NCBI GenBank assembly: GCA_963817945.1
Contig: CAWFQH010000005.1
Coordinates: 117,257-181,256, forward strand
Length of the DNA: 64,000 nt
DNA from: an uncultured Solirubrobacterales bacterium
GTDB taxonomy: Bacteria; Actinomycetota; Thermoleophilia; Solirubrobacterales; 70-9
Direction: 5' to 3'
Each line of letters opens with the position of its first letter. Within the stretch, counting starts at the first letter, position 1. Of the stretch, positions 28,651-38,779 are shown one piece after another. The position numbers and the translations under genes were made by a program. The notes under the pieces were generated by a model that was not told where the DNA came from, did no database searches, and saw only the letters and a program-made list of their open reading frames with translations.

Positions 28651-30045
28651 CTAGGAGTTGGCCACCGAGAGCAGGTAGAGGCCAAAGCAGGTGAAGGCCA
28701 CCATCACCGCCAACATCCAGTACTGCGAGCGAGCCGCCTCTCGGTAGTCGCCCCAGTAGGCAGTGGCGCGATCGTGGGCCAAGGTGAGCCCAATCACGTG
28801 GCCGACCACGAGCGCGCCCACCTGCACGTACCAAATCGCGTTGGCGCTGAGGACCGTGTAGTCGATTCCGCCCGAGGCGGTGCCGAAGAGGTCGGTGTCG
28901 GCGGTCCCCAGGGGATCCGAGAGCAAGTAAGTGAACTGCGCCTGCTCCTGGAAGACGAAGAGGCTGAAGTAGTGAGCGATGAGGTAGGCGAGGGCGATCG
29001 GGATCAGGGTGTGGGCAAAGCCCGAGAAGAGCCGTTTCAGCGCGGGCGCGCGGCCGACGCTGGCCATCCCCCGCACGCCGATCAGGTAGACGAGCCAGAC
29101 TCCCACCAGGCAGAGCAGCATGAAGAGGGTCGCACTGAGCCGGGCGGCGGTCAGCGTAGCCAGGCCGGTGTCCGCGAACCACTCGAAGACGCTTTCGAGT
29201 GCGCCCTGGAACGCTCCCTCCTGGCCGCCGTCGAAGCTGGTCGTGGCGATAGAGGCGATCACGAGCGCCGCGGATCCGGGCACCGTCGCCCAGCGCGTCG
29301 CCGCCGAGAACGGCTTCCGCCGGCCAAGCCGGCCGTCCTCGGTTCCGAAACAGCCGAGCTGCGAGAACATGCCGAAGTAGACCGAGAAGATCTCGCCCCG
29401 CTCGCACCACTCCTCGGCGCCAAACAGGGCCATCATCGCCAGCGTGTAGGCGGTGTAGATGAGGGTGGCGACAGCGGTGGTCTCCGGCGAGAGGCCAACG
29501 GCGACGCCGCTGCCTGGCCCGTAGACGATCTCCAGCCAGACGACAGCGACGAGGCCGACCGCCGCCGGCCAGCGGCCCAGCCTCTCCGGATAGGCGATGT
29601 GAGCCGGGCGCTGGCCGGCGAGAGTCGTGAAAGCGCCTCCCACAGCTCGCCCGATCGCCCGCCACGGATTGAAGGGCTTGAAGACGTTGCCCAGTACGGC
29701 GCTCAGCACCGGGAAGCCGAGCCATACCGTGACGAAGGCGAAGGTGATCGCGAAGTTGCGATCGGCGGCTTCCGTCCCTCGCAGCCCTGCGTAGACCGTG
29801 ACTGCCAAGAGGAAGACGCCGAGCAGGCCGCAGAGGACCTGCGCCGGCGCTCCCAGCAGCGCTTTCGAGAACCCAGCCCCGAGGGGGCGCCAGTGGTCCC
29901 CCTCGAAGCGGGGCTGGCGCCAGCCGACCGAGAGCGCGAAGAAGGAGACGATCAGGACGATCGAAGCCCCCCAGGCGAACAGCCATTCTGGGATCGGCAG
30001 ATCCTGGCGCCCGGCCAGCGCGTGTGCGTAAGGCAGCAGGCTCAC
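28651..30045 (-). CDS. polytopic integral membrane protein, function unknown
   Basis: 464 aa with at least 10 hydrophobic segments. 4-nt overlap with the upstream 147-aa gene. The plus-strand ORF 28612..30174 is its shadow. Confidence 0.7.
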   Translation of the reverse strand: MSLLPYAHALAGRQDLPIPEWLFAWGASIVLIVSFFALSVGWRQPRFEGDHWRPLGAGFSKALLGAPAQVLCGLLGVFLLAVTVYAGLRGTEAADRNFAITFAFVTVWLGFPVLSAVLGNVFKPFNPWRAIGRAVGGAFTTLAGQRPAHIAYPERLGRWPAAVGLVAVVWLEIVYGPGSGVAVGLSPETTAVATLIYTAYTLAMMALFGAEEWCERGEIFSVYFGMFSQLGCFGTEDGRLGRRKPFSAATRWATVPGSAALVIASIATTSFDGGQEGAFQGALESVFEWFADTGLATLTAARLSATLFMLLCLVGVWLVYLIGVRGMASVGRAPALKRLFSGFAHTLIPIALAYLIAHYFSLFVFQEQAQFTYLLSDPLGTADTDLFGTASGGIDYTVLSANAIWYVQVGALVVGHVIGLTLAHDRATAYWGDYREAARSQYWMLAVMVAFTCFGLYLLSVANS

Positions 30046-30485
30046 GGCTCTATCTGCAGCTCCGCAACCTCTTCACCACTCCCGTGCAGCTCCGCCTCGA
30101 ACACGCCTTCAATCGTCGCCGGGAAATCGAACTTCGCAACACGGCCGGGCCCAACCTCTTTCTCGACGTCGTAGCCGTGGACGTGGACCTCGTCGTCGGT
30201 ATTCGCGCGCACGACGAAGCGGATGCGGTCGCCCGCGTCGAAGCTGAGCCGGGTGACCCCGCCGACGGGTTTGCCGTTCTTGACAACGATGGCGGGGATC
30301 GACGGCTCGGCCGGCTTCGCCTCTTTGCCGCCTGACCCGGTGCCGTTCGACTCGGCCCTCGTGGGAGCCCCAGCGCTCAGGTGATCTTCGCCGCTTTCGT
30401 CGTCTTTCAGCACGAGAAGCAGCACGACTGCCGCAGCCACCACCGCAATGCCCAACGCTACTCGGCCTACGAGACTCGATTGCAT
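30042..30485 (-). CDS. membrane-anchored secreted protein with beta-sandwich (cupredoxin-like?) C-domain, function unknown
   Basis: N-terminal TM/signal anchor, low-complexity linker, then IVVKNGKPVGGV...GDRIRFVVRANTDDEVHVHGYD... Confidence 0.55.
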   Translation of the reverse strand: MQSSLVGRVALGIAVVAAAVVLLLVLKDDESGEDHLSAGAPTRAESNGTGSGGKEAKPAEPSIPAIVVKNGKPVGGVTRLSFDAGDRIRFVVRANTDDEVHVHGYDVEKEVGPGRVAKFDFPATIEGVFEAELHGSGEEVAELQIEP

Positions 30486-30565
30486 CGTTCGCTCCTTTGC
30501 TCACGGCGCAGGCGCGGCCTGCGCTCAGGTTGCCGCGACCGACGGTCGCGGCGCTCGATGGGTGA

Positions 30566-30808
30566 CTAAGGAGCGAGCGGCGGCGGGCGCTGGGCGAGGC
30601 GGAAAGCGATCAGAAGGCCACCGCGGATCGCGGTGAGGTCAGGGGCCCAGGGCCGTATCTCACGCGAGGCGGGTCTTGTCCGAACGTGAGATCGTGAGGC
30701 GATCCGCTCGGCGAGCCGCATCGCGGCGCCGTGTCCCGGGTAGCGACCGCACAGCAACAGGCCCAGGAGCAGCAACAGCGGAACGACTGCGATCAGGAAC
30801 TCGATCAT
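30566..30808 (-). CDS. small membrane protein, function unknown
   Basis: 80 aa; MIEFLIAVVPLLLLLGLLLCG TM segment. First gene of the apparent minus-strand operon. Confidence 0.4.
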   Translation of the reverse strand: MIEFLIAVVPLLLLLGLLLCGRYPGHGAAMRLAERIASRSHVRTRPASREIRPWAPDLTAIRGGLLIAFRLAQRPPPLAP

Positions 30809-30858
30809 CGCTCGTACAAGCTAGCGCAGAGATTTAGCGGCGGCTAAAGGGCTGAACC

Positions 30859-30889
30859 GCAGTTGACCACCCATACGGTGGTCAACTGC
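30859..30889. promoter_or_regulatory. 13-bp perfect inverted repeat (operator or terminator)
   Basis: gcagttgaccacc-catac-ggtggtcaactgc, between the end of the TenA/CADD-like gene and the start of the membrane operon. Confidence 0.4.
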
Positions 30890-30934
30890 ATCGCACCCCC
30901 CTGGGCAACCCGCGGACGGGCCGAGGCGATGGGA

Positions 30935-31558
30935 CTAAACGGCGATGACACCGTCGAGGAGGCGCCAATTCGCCTTGAAAGCCGACTCGGCGGCGGCGAC
31001 TAGGGCGTCTGGGTCGGCGTCGGCCAGGTGGGCCTCGATCAGCGCCCGACCCTCAGCCGCGTGGTCGACGTCGGCCTTCTCGTGGACGCGGAAGTACTCG
31101 TTGCCGGGGCCGTCACCGATGCCGTAATGGGCGGCCAGACCCACGCGCTTGGTCTGGGAGATCGCCGGCTGGCCGCTCTCGATCGCGTAGAGGCGGACGA
31201 GCTGCGCGAGCCGGTCGTCGGCAGCGGTCCAGGCATCGACGCACTCCTTGGTCTCAGCCGTCGGCGCCGCGGCGACCTCGCCGCCGACCGCCTCGACAAA
31301 GCCATCCCAGAGGGCGATGTGGGACTCCTCCTCCTCGGCGTGGCGGCGCAGCTCGGCGCGCTCGTCGGCCGGCGCGGACTCGGCTACGGAAGCGCTCAGG
31401 CGGGCGATGGCGGCGGTGGCGTGACGGTACTGGCCGGAGTAGGCAGCAAGCTCCTCGCGGCTCAGCTCACCCATCGACCAACGCTGGTAGAAGGGGTGCT
31501 CGAGCACGTTCCAGCGCTCGCGGGCCTGCTCGATCTTCTGCCAGACGTCGTTGCTCAC
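30935..31558 (-). CDS. TenA/PqqC/CADD-like haem-oxygenase-fold iron enzyme
   Basis: GTG 31558 preceded by AAGGAG. HPFYQRW..GELSREELAAYSGQYRH...EEEESHIALWDGF... is typical of this family. Confidence 0.65.
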   Translation of the reverse strand: MSNDVWQKIEQARERWNVLEHPFYQRWSMGELSREELAAYSGQYRHATAAIARLSASVAESAPADERAELRRHAEEEESHIALWDGFVEAVGGEVAAAPTAETKECVDAWTAADDRLAQLVRLYAIESGQPAISQTKRVGLAAHYGIGDGPGNEYFRVHEKADVDHAAEGRALIEAHLADADPDALVAAAESAFKANWRLLDGVIAV

Positions 31559-31638
31559 CTGAGTCTCCTTCTTGGTCGCGAGTGCTGAGGCGGCCAGGAT
31601 AACGTCCCGGCGACGACGGATCGGATCCGTCGCCCTAG

Positions 31639-32460
31639 ATGCGGCCAGACCGAGACGAAATCGCGGCACCCGACCTGCCCGAAGGCCTGACTTGGGTCGG
31701 CGAGGAGCCGCAGTCGATGCCGGCATTGACGGCCGCTGGACCGGCCTTGGTCCTGTTTCTCGACTTCGCCCAGCTCAACAGCGCCCGCACCCTGCCCTAC
31801 GTCGCCGAGTGGGCGCGCCGCTATGGGGAGCACGGGCTGCGGACGATCGGCGTGCAGGCGCCGCGCTTTCCGTTCGGCGCTGACCCTGCAGCGGTGGCGG
31901 CCGGTCTCGAGCGTCTCGGCGTCGACTTCCCGGTCGCGATCGACGCCGAGCACGATCTCTGGCACGCCTACGGCTGCACGGGTTGGCCGAGCCTCTTCCT
32001 CTGGCGCCAAGGCGGTGCCCTCGCCTGGTTCCACTTCGGCGAGGGGGAATACGAGGCAACCGAGGAGGCGATCCAGGCCGAGCTGCGCGAGCAGGACGCG
32101 CTGCGCGAGCTGCCGACCCCGATGGCTCCCCTGCGCGCCACCGACGCCCCCGAGGCGCGGGTGATGCCGCCGAGCGAAGAGCTGTTTCCCGGCGGATCGT
32201 GGGAGCGCCCGTGGATCGGCGGCGATGACGGCGAGCAACTCGAGGTCCCCTACGAGGCCGGCGGCGCCTTCACCACCGTCGAGGGACGCGGCGAGGTCCT
32301 TGTAGAGCTCGACGGCGAGCCGGCCGGCGTGGTCGTCATCGACGGCCCTGCGCTCTACCCGCTCGCTGAGCACGAACGCCACGAGGCGCACGAGCTCGTC
32401 CTGCGCCCCTCCGCCGGGCTCCGCATCTGGTCAGTCAGCTTCGCGGCCGGGATGCCTTAG
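31639..32460 (+). CDS. thioredoxin-fold (redoxin/DipZ C-terminal-like) protein lacking the CXXC motif
   Basis: [20 protein letters not shown]...[14 protein letters not shown]... The redoxin layout is present, with LNSA where CxxC is expected. Confidence 0.55.
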   Translation: MRPDRDEIAAPDLPEGLTWVGEEPQSMPALTAAGPALVLFLDFAQLNSARTLPYVAEWARRYGEHGLRTIGVQAPRFPFGADPAAVAAGLERLGVDFPVAIDAEHDLWHAYGCTGWPSLFLWRQGGALAWFHFGEGEYEATEEAIQAELREQDALRELPTPMAPLRATDAPEARVMPPSEELFPGGSWERPWIGGDDGEQLEVPYEAGGAFTTVEGRGEVLVELDGEPAGVVVIDGPALYPLAEHERHEAHELVLRPSAGLRIWSVSFAAGMP

Positions 32461-33428
32461 GCCTGCGCCGCCAGCTCCTGGCGGATCTCCTTGGGGAGCA
32501 TGAAGCGCACGTCCTCATGGACGGTGCGCAGCTCGGAGACGTCGTCGGCGCCGCGCTCGCGGAAAAACTCGATCAGACGCTCGACCAGCTCCTCGGGGGC
32601 ACTGGCCCCAGAGGTGATGCCGACCGTCTCCACGCCCTGCAGCCACTCCTCCTGGACCTGGGTGTGGTTGTCGATCAGGTGCGATTCAGCGCCGTGCTCG
32701 CGGGCGACCTCGACCAACCGGTTCGAGTTGGAGGAGTTGGTGGAGCCGATCACCAGCACCAGCTCACACTCGCGGGCCAGCTGCTTGACGGCGATCTGGC
32801 GGTTGGTCGTCGCGTAACAGATGTCGTCGGACTTGGGGCTGACGATCGCCGGGAACTTGGCTCGCAGCGCGGTGATGATCTCGGTCGTCTCGTCGACCGA
32901 GAGCGTCGTCTGGGTGATCAGCGCGACGCGCTCGGGGTCTGGCAGCTCCAGGTGCTCGACCTCCTCGGCAGTCTGCACGAGGACGATGCTGCCCGGCGCC
33001 TCTCCCATCGTCCCTTCGACCTCCTCATGGCCGGCGTGGCCGACCATGACGATCGTGTAGCCGTCGGCGGCGAAACGGCGCGCCTCGACGTGGACCTTGG
33101 TGACGAGCGGGCAGGTGGCATCGATCGTGCGCAGGCGCCGGGCGGCGGCGTTCTCATGCACCGCCGGGGCGACTCCGTGGGCGGAGAAGACGACCAGCTC
33201 GCCCTCCGGCACTTCGGTCTCTTCCTCGACGAATATCGCGCCCCGCTTCGCGAGTTCCTCGACGACATGCTTGTTGTGGACGATCTCCTTGCGCACGTAG
33301 ACGGGGGCGCCGTGGAGGTCGAGCGCCTTTTCAACGGTCTCGACGGCGCGGTCGACTCCGGCGCAGTAGCCACGCGGCGCGGCAAGGAGCACCCGCTTCG
33401 GGGCGACGGCGGTCGTACTCATCCCCAT
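32457..33428 (-). CDS. ispH: 4-hydroxy-3-methylbut-2-enyl diphosphate reductase
   Basis: [12 protein letters not shown]...VHNKHVV...SAHGV...CPLVTKVH...[11 protein letters not shown]...TTLS...ICYATTNRQ. Confidence 0.92.
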   Translation of the reverse strand: MGMSTTAVAPKRVLLAAPRGYCAGVDRAVETVEKALDLHGAPVYVRKEIVHNKHVVEELAKRGAIFVEEETEVPEGELVVFSAHGVAPAVHENAAARRLRTIDATCPLVTKVHVEARRFAADGYTIVMVGHAGHEEVEGTMGEAPGSIVLVQTAEEVEHLELPDPERVALITQTTLSVDETTEIITALRAKFPAIVSPKSDDICYATTNRQIAVKQLARECELVLVIGSTNSSNSNRLVEVAREHGAESHLIDNHTQVQEEWLQGVETVGITSGASAPEELVERLIEFFRERGADDVSELRTVHEDVRFMLPKEIRQELAAQA

Positions 33429-33502
33429 CAGGGTACCGGTGGGCGGCTTGCGGCCGGGACGGCGAGCCGATCCGCGCGGCGCCAGCGGGCTAGCCTGTCG
33501 GC

Positions 33503-34918
33503 ATGAGCACCGCAGGCGACCATCTGCAGCGACTAACCGCGGTCGACGCCTCGTTCCTGACCAACGAGAGCTCGTCCAGCCACATGCACATTGGCGGCAT
33601 CCTCATCTTCGAGGGCCCGCCACCGCTCTACGTCGATCTGGTCGAGCACGTACGCGGGCGCCTGCAACAGGTGCCGCGCTTCCGGCAATGCATCGTGGAG
33701 CCGCCGCTGGAGGCCGGACGGCCACTCTGGGCCGACGACGTCAACTTCAACCTCAGGTACCACATCCGCCACACGGCGCTGCCCGAACCGGGCGGCGAGG
33801 CGCAGCTGAAGCGGCTTGCGGGCCGCGTCTTCTCGCAGCAGCTCGACCGCTCCAAGCCGCTCTGGGAGATGTGGCTGGTGCAGGGCCTCGAGCGGGATCG
33901 CTTCGCGATCCTGACCAAGACCCACCACGCGATGGTCGACGGCATCTCTGGCGTCGACATCGGGACCGTCCTCTTCGACCTCGAGCCGGTGCCCGGGCCG
34001 ACCCGGGTCGACGACGGTTGGGTGCCCCAGCCGGCCCCCTCGACCCGACACCTACTGGCGCGGGGCGCGACCGACGCAGTCGCGGCGCCGGTGAAGCTGG
34101 CCGAGCGAGCGGCGGGTGCGCTGCGCCATCCCGAGAGCGCGGCGCGGCGCGCGGTGGAGACACTAGAGGCACTCAGCGAGGTCGTCGGTGCCCTCGCCGA
34201 CCCCGCGCCCGACGTGCCGCTCAACCAGCCGATCGGCCCGCATCGCCGCTTCACCTGGGCGCGCTCGGAGCTGGCGATCTTCAAACGGATCAAGGACACC
34301 TTCGGGGGAACGGTCAACGACGTGGTCCTCGCCGTCGTCACCGGGGCCCTGCGCAACTGGCTGCAGACCCGCGGCATTCGCACCGAGGGACTGGAGCTGC
34401 GGGCGCTGGTGCCGGTCTCGATTCGCAGCGAAGACGAGCGCGGCGAGCTGGGCAACAAACTGACGGCGATGCGCGCGCCGCTGCCGGTCTATGTCGAGGA
34501 CCCGGTGCGGCGGCTGCGGGTTGTGAGCGAGCAGATGGAGGGCCTGAAGCGCTCCAAGCAGGCGCTGGGAGCCGAGGTGATAGCCCGCTTCAACGACTTC
34601 GCGCCCCCCACCCTGCTCGCCCAGGCCGCGCGGATCAACTTTTCGACCCGGCTCTTCAACTTGATCGTCACCAACGTTCCCGGCCCGCAGATCCCCCTCT
34701 ACGTGCTCGGCCGCGAGCTGCAGGAGGTCTTCCCCGTCGCCTTCCTGCCGCCCAGCCACGCGCTGGCGGTGGCGATCATGAGCTACAACGGGCGCATCTG
34801 CTTCGGCCTGCTGGCCGACTACGACTCGATGGAGGACGTCGAAACCGTCGCCCGCGGCATCGAGGAGTCGCTGGCCGAGCTCGAGGAGGCCGCCTCCGCC
34901 GCCGCAGCCCCCGCCTGA
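33503..34918 (+). CDS. wax ester synthase/diacylglycerol acyltransferase (WS/DGAT)
   Basis: Catalytic [10 protein letters not shown], plus NDVVLAVV and TNVPGP motifs. Confidence 0.9.
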   Translation: MSTAGDHLQRLTAVDASFLTNESSSSHMHIGGILIFEGPPPLYVDLVEHVRGRLQQVPRFRQCIVEPPLEAGRPLWADDVNFNLRYHIRHTALPEPGGEAQLKRLAGRVFSQQLDRSKPLWEMWLVQGLERDRFAILTKTHHAMVDGISGVDIGTVLFDLEPVPGPTRVDDGWVPQPAPSTRHLLARGATDAVAAPVKLAERAAGALRHPESAARRAVETLEALSEVVGALADPAPDVPLNQPIGPHRRFTWARSELAIFKRIKDTFGGTVNDVVLAVVTGALRNWLQTRGIRTEGLELRALVPVSIRSEDERGELGNKLTAMRAPLPVYVEDPVRRLRVVSEQMEGLKRSKQALGAEVIARFNDFAPPTLLAQAARINFSTRLFNLIVTNVPGPQIPLYVLGRELQEVFPVAFLPPSHALAVAIMSYNGRICFGLLADYDSMEDVETVARGIEESLAELEEAASAAAAPA

Positions 34919-34958
34919 GCGCCGCCGGCCGGCCGGGTCCCCCCACTAGGGTTGAGCC

Positions 34959-35432
34959 GTGGCCCTTCTAGTCGCCCTCTTCATCGTCGTCCCGATCGTC
35001 GAGCTGTACGTGATCATCCAGGTCGGCCAGGCGATCGGCGTCGTGCCGACGCTGCTCCTGCTCCTCGCCGACGCCATCCTCGGCTCGCTCCTCCTGCGCC
35101 ACCAGGGCCGCGGCGCCTGGCGCCGCTTCAACGAGGCGCTCGCGCAACGTCGCTTCCCTGGCCGCGAGGTGGCCGACGGAGCCTTGATCATCGTTGGCGG
35201 CACTCTGCTGCTGACGCCGGGCTTCGTCACCGACCTCGTCGGCCTGCTCCTGCTGATTCCACCAACGCGGGCGATGGCCGGCCGTCTCCTCCGCTCCGTC
35301 TTCGCCCGCCGCTTCCTTGTCGTCGGCCTCGGAGACCGCGCCATGCGCACCGGCGGAAGCCCGCGGAGCTACGACTACGACGGCACCGCCGAGGAGGTCG
35401 AAGCCGAGGACCGGGAGCTGCGCGGTCGCTGA
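34959..35432 (+). CDS. fxsA: FxsA family membrane protein
   Basis: VPIVELYVIIQVGQAIG...LLLTPGFVTDLVGLLLLIPPTR. Confidence 0.8.
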   Translation: MALLVALFIVVPIVELYVIIQVGQAIGVVPTLLLLLADAILGSLLLRHQGRGAWRRFNEALAQRRFPGREVADGALIIVGGTLLLTPGFVTDLVGLLLLIPPTRAMAGRLLRSVFARRFLVVGLGDRAMRTGGSPRSYDYDGTAEEVEAEDRELRGR

Positions 35433-35442
35433 CCGCGACTGC

Positions 35443-36183
35443 CTACCGGAATTCGACCCATTCTTCTTCTTCGGGTTCGCCCCAGGCTTCTTCCCCGCCT
35501 TCTTCTTCTTCCCAGTCTTCTTCGCCCCAGCCATCTTCTTCCACGATGACCGTCCGCGACGATTCAGTCGTCTGCGACTGAACGGGCGTGGTCGTGGGAG
35601 TCGCCGGCGGAGGTGCGGACTTGACCGGTGGGCAGGTGCATCCTCCTGTTGAAGTGTCCGAGGCGGAGGACGTAACTGGCAATCCGGATTCGGTTGAGCT
35701 CGCTTCGGCACCCGAGCCGCTCGTCGCCAGTATTTGGGCCTCACCCCGATCGGGCTCGGGATCCGTCTGGCTATCGCTCTTCCGGCGAGCCTTCTTCGTC
35801 GATTCGCCCTGCGCCTTGACGCTCGCGTTCGGCGTCTCCGGGGGCGCCACCTCGCCCAGCACCTTCTCTTGCTCGGCCAGATAGACAGGCGAGAAGATCA
35901 TGTTGACGCTCACAAGGAGCCCCAGCACCGTGGAGGCTGCAACGGGCCGGCGAACGCCAGGACGCCTGCGGCTCTCCGAAACGAGAACCAAAAGGCTGAT
36001 CGCAAGACCGATTCCTCCCACAGCAATCGCCAGGCGCGGAGAGAGGAGATCGTTCAACCAGGAAGTGCGGCGATAAAAGATCTCTGCCGCGTCGGGGACC
36101 GTGAGCAGATACGCGATCCCGGCGAGCAACGTCGAGAAGCCGATGACCGAGGCAACTGCGAGTTTGCTCAAGTTCTCACGCAT
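35443..36183 (-). CDS. membrane protein with Ser/Thr/Pro-rich linker and highly acidic Trp-containing tail
   Basis: ATG 36183 within ORF 35443..36273. Three TM segments, C-terminal EEDGWGEEDWEEEEGGEEAWGEPEEEEWVEF. Confidence 0.5.
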   Translation of the reverse strand: MRENLSKLAVASVIGFSTLLAGIAYLLTVPDAAEIFYRRTSWLNDLLSPRLAIAVGGIGLAISLLVLVSESRRRPGVRRPVAASTVLGLLVSVNMIFSPVYLAEQEKVLGEVAPPETPNASVKAQGESTKKARRKSDSQTDPEPDRGEAQILATSGSGAEASSTESGLPVTSSASDTSTGGCTCPPVKSAPPPATPTTTPVQSQTTESSRTVIVEEDGWGEEDWEEEEGGEEAWGEPEEEEWVEFR

Positions 36184-36260
36184 ATCTACACTGGTACGCG
36201 AGCCTACTTCTCGCCTGCGGGCGCAGAATGTGAGGGCGGTCACATAGGCGTGGCTCCGTC

Positions 36261-36302
36261 GCCTAGAAGCCAAGCGCGAACTTGGCGTCCTCGGACATCA
36301 TC
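36261..36302. repeat. att copy A (duplicate of the sufT 3' end)
   Basis: gcctagaagccaagcgcgaacttggcgtcctcggacatcatc is identical to 40207-40248 and has one mismatch to 49200-49241. Confidence 0.85.
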
Positions 36303-36631
36303 ACAAGCAGCGTAGTAGGCGATCTTCCTGCAAGTCGCCAGTTTTACCCAGCGTGGGAATGCGGGCGGGGATGGCGGCCTGCGGAATCCATTTCGAATAG
36401 CCGTAGTGCTTCGGGTGGCGCTAGCGCAGTAATCGCCGCTCCCTGCGAGAAGCCGCTCTCCCGCCGCCAACGCGTGAGTCGCATCATGAATCAGGGTCGG
36501 GCTCGGAATTTTCCTGCTCGCCGGAAACCCGTCCTGCCCAGCCCCCTCCCGACAGCTTTCCTAAGGAGTCGTCAAACTAACATATATGTGGTGGTTGAAC
36601 TGTCCGAGTCGCGGGAGGCTGCCATGCCCCC

Positions 36632-36865
36632 GTGCCGCAGCCGAGCCTTGCCCAAATTGGAGCCGCGATTCGCAGCCTTCGCAAGGAGCGCAAAATGAGC
36701 ATCGAGGCGCTCGCCGCCGAGGCAGATATGCACCCCTATTCGGTCTCTCGGATCGAACGCGGCGAGCAGAATCCAAGCTGGATCACGCTGGTAAGCCTCG
36801 CCGACGCGCTCGATGTGGACGTGATGGAGCTGGTCCGGCTCGCCGGCAAACGGCCTCGCTCTTAG
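36632..36865 (+). CDS. XRE-family HTH regulator
   Basis: IGAAIRSLRKERKMSIEALAAEADMHPYSVSRIERGEQNPSWITLVSLADAL. Confidence 0.75.
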   Translation: MPQPSLAQIGAAIRSLRKERKMSIEALAAEADMHPYSVSRIERGEQNPSWITLVSLADALDVDVMELVRLAGKRPRS

Positions 36866-37261
36866 CGCGCAATCGAGGAGGACTTGACCTCACAAGAGGA
36901 CCACCGCCCAAGCGATCACGTCGCGAAGTGGGCCGATCCCAGCCCCAAGCCAAAAGGACCCGAGATCGGCCCGTTACAGGCACCCGGTTAGGAGTGCTTG
37001 GCGATCAGCACGCTCATAAAGACGTGCGACGTTTGCGCGATCTTCATCGCTTTCTCACCTCCCTCCGTGGTCCGCTCCGGCGAGGCTCGCCGGGGCGGAC
37101 CACGTTAGTGGAGAAAATTCAACCAACCGCGCCTTCTTGATCGCCAACGGTTTCTTGAGCGTCAGCGGGTTCCTGACTGAGGGAGGCGCCTGGGGACAGA
37201 GGCTGCCTTTATGCTCAGGGCTTGCTGACTACCTGTAGACAACATGACTAGGAATTGAGAA

Positions 37262-38563
37262 ATGACCGAGGAGACGGCGATAGCAGCGCTCGGGCGCATT
37301 CGGAGAAAGCACCCGAATGTGGAGGAGTCGGCTAGCTCGTCACTTGGCCATCGCATCCGCGTCGAAATCCGCGCGGCCCTCCACGAAGGCCCGGCCACCG
37401 CGTCGCAGCTCGCCGAGATGATCGAGCAGCCGACGACGACCGTTGAACGACACATCAAGAGGATGCTCAAGGACGGCAGCATCGACATCGCACAAAGCGA
37501 GAAGGTCGGCAACCTCCGTCGGCACTACTACTCCGTAGTCAAACTGCCCTTCTTCTCCGACGCCGCTATGGCCGCCATGACGGAGGATGAGAGACACACG
37601 GTCTACGCGCTGATAGTGCAAGCAGCGTCGGCAGAGGCGATGGCGTCACTGTGGGCCGGCAAGATCGCTCGTGATCGTCGTGTCTTCCTGGCCTGGACTC
37701 GAATCCAACTCGACCGGCTAGGCCGGGAGAAATTGGCTGAGGAGGAAGCTGGGTCATGGGACCGGAAGATGGGCATCGCCGCCCGAGCGGCCATCCGATT
37801 GACGGAGGCTGGCGAGGAGGGAACTACTTACGTCATAACGTCCTTCGCCTATGAGCGAAGTCGCACTTCGGCGCCCGAACCCTTATCAGTGACTGAGTCA
37901 CCAGCCAAGGAGAAGGACGGAGCCGCTGTGCTGCGCGGGTGGGGGAGGAAGAGGCGAAGCCTTGAGGAATCGGTCAGCGCCTCGCTTGGCCATCAGCTCC
38001 GGGTCGAAATCCGCGCCGCACTACACGAAGGGCCTGCCACTGCATCACAGCTCGCAAAGACTCTCCACCAGCCACTCAATGCCATCGATTACCACGTCAA
38101 GGAGTTGCTCAGGGATGGGTGCATCGACGTCGCCAAAACGGAGCAGGGAGGCAACAACGCCGATCAGACCTACTACTCCGTGGTCCAGCTGCCCTTCTTC
38201 TCCGACGACGAGATGGCGGCCATGACGGAAGATGAGCGGCAGACGATCTACGCAATGATCGTGCAGGCAGCGTCGGCAGAGGCATTGGCTTCGCTGTGGG
38301 CGCGCAAGATCGCCCGCGATCCTCGCTCTTTTATGACCTGGACCCCGATCCAGCTCGATAAGCAGGGCCGCGAAGAGTTGGCCGACGAGGAAGCAGAGTC
38401 ATGGAACCGGAAGATCGAGATAGAGATCCAAGCCGCCAACCGACTAGCCAAAACGGGTGAGGACGGCGTGACCTACGTGATTACCTCGTTTGGCTACGAG
38501 CGAAGTCGTACGTCTGCACCAGAGCCTCTAGACAAGGATGCGCTGGCGTCCCGCAAACCTTGA
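37262..38563 (+). CDS. internally duplicated ArsR-like winged-helix protein (two ~200-aa modules)
   Basis: Residues about 22-214 and 236-425 align with each other: SLGH.[IL]RVEIRAALHEGPATASQLA...YYSVV.LPFFSD..MAAMTEDER...IVQAASAEA.ASLWA.KIARD...YVITSF.YERSRTSAPEPL. Confidence 0.7.
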   Translation: MTEETAIAALGRIRRKHPNVEESASSSLGHRIRVEIRAALHEGPATASQLAEMIEQPTTTVERHIKRMLKDGSIDIAQSEKVGNLRRHYYSVVKLPFFSDAAMAAMTEDERHTVYALIVQAASAEAMASLWAGKIARDRRVFLAWTRIQLDRLGREKLAEEEAGSWDRKMGIAARAAIRLTEAGEEGTTYVITSFAYERSRTSAPEPLSVTESPAKEKDGAAVLRGWGRKRRSLEESVSASLGHQLRVEIRAALHEGPATASQLAKTLHQPLNAIDYHVKELLRDGCIDVAKTEQGGNNADQTYYSVVQLPFFSDDEMAAMTEDERQTIYAMIVQAASAEALASLWARKIARDPRSFMTWTPIQLDKQGREELADEEAESWNRKIEIEIQAANRLAKTGEDGVTYVITSFGYERSRTSAPEPLDKDALASRKP

Positions 38564-38779
38564 TCGACAGTCGGAATTTGATCGACCCTCGCCTCTTGTT
38601 CGCCCACCACATCTAGTTCGAGAAGTGGGTACAGACTTATCCGTTCCTCTTTGTAACTGTCCACTATTCAACCAGAACCGATCGCTCGGAAATCTGATGG
38701 GCGGTCGCACCGTGAAATGTGTGTGGACAGCGCCTCTTGTCTTCCCCGCGTTCTCGGTGGACGCAGAAAGGGATGGGCA

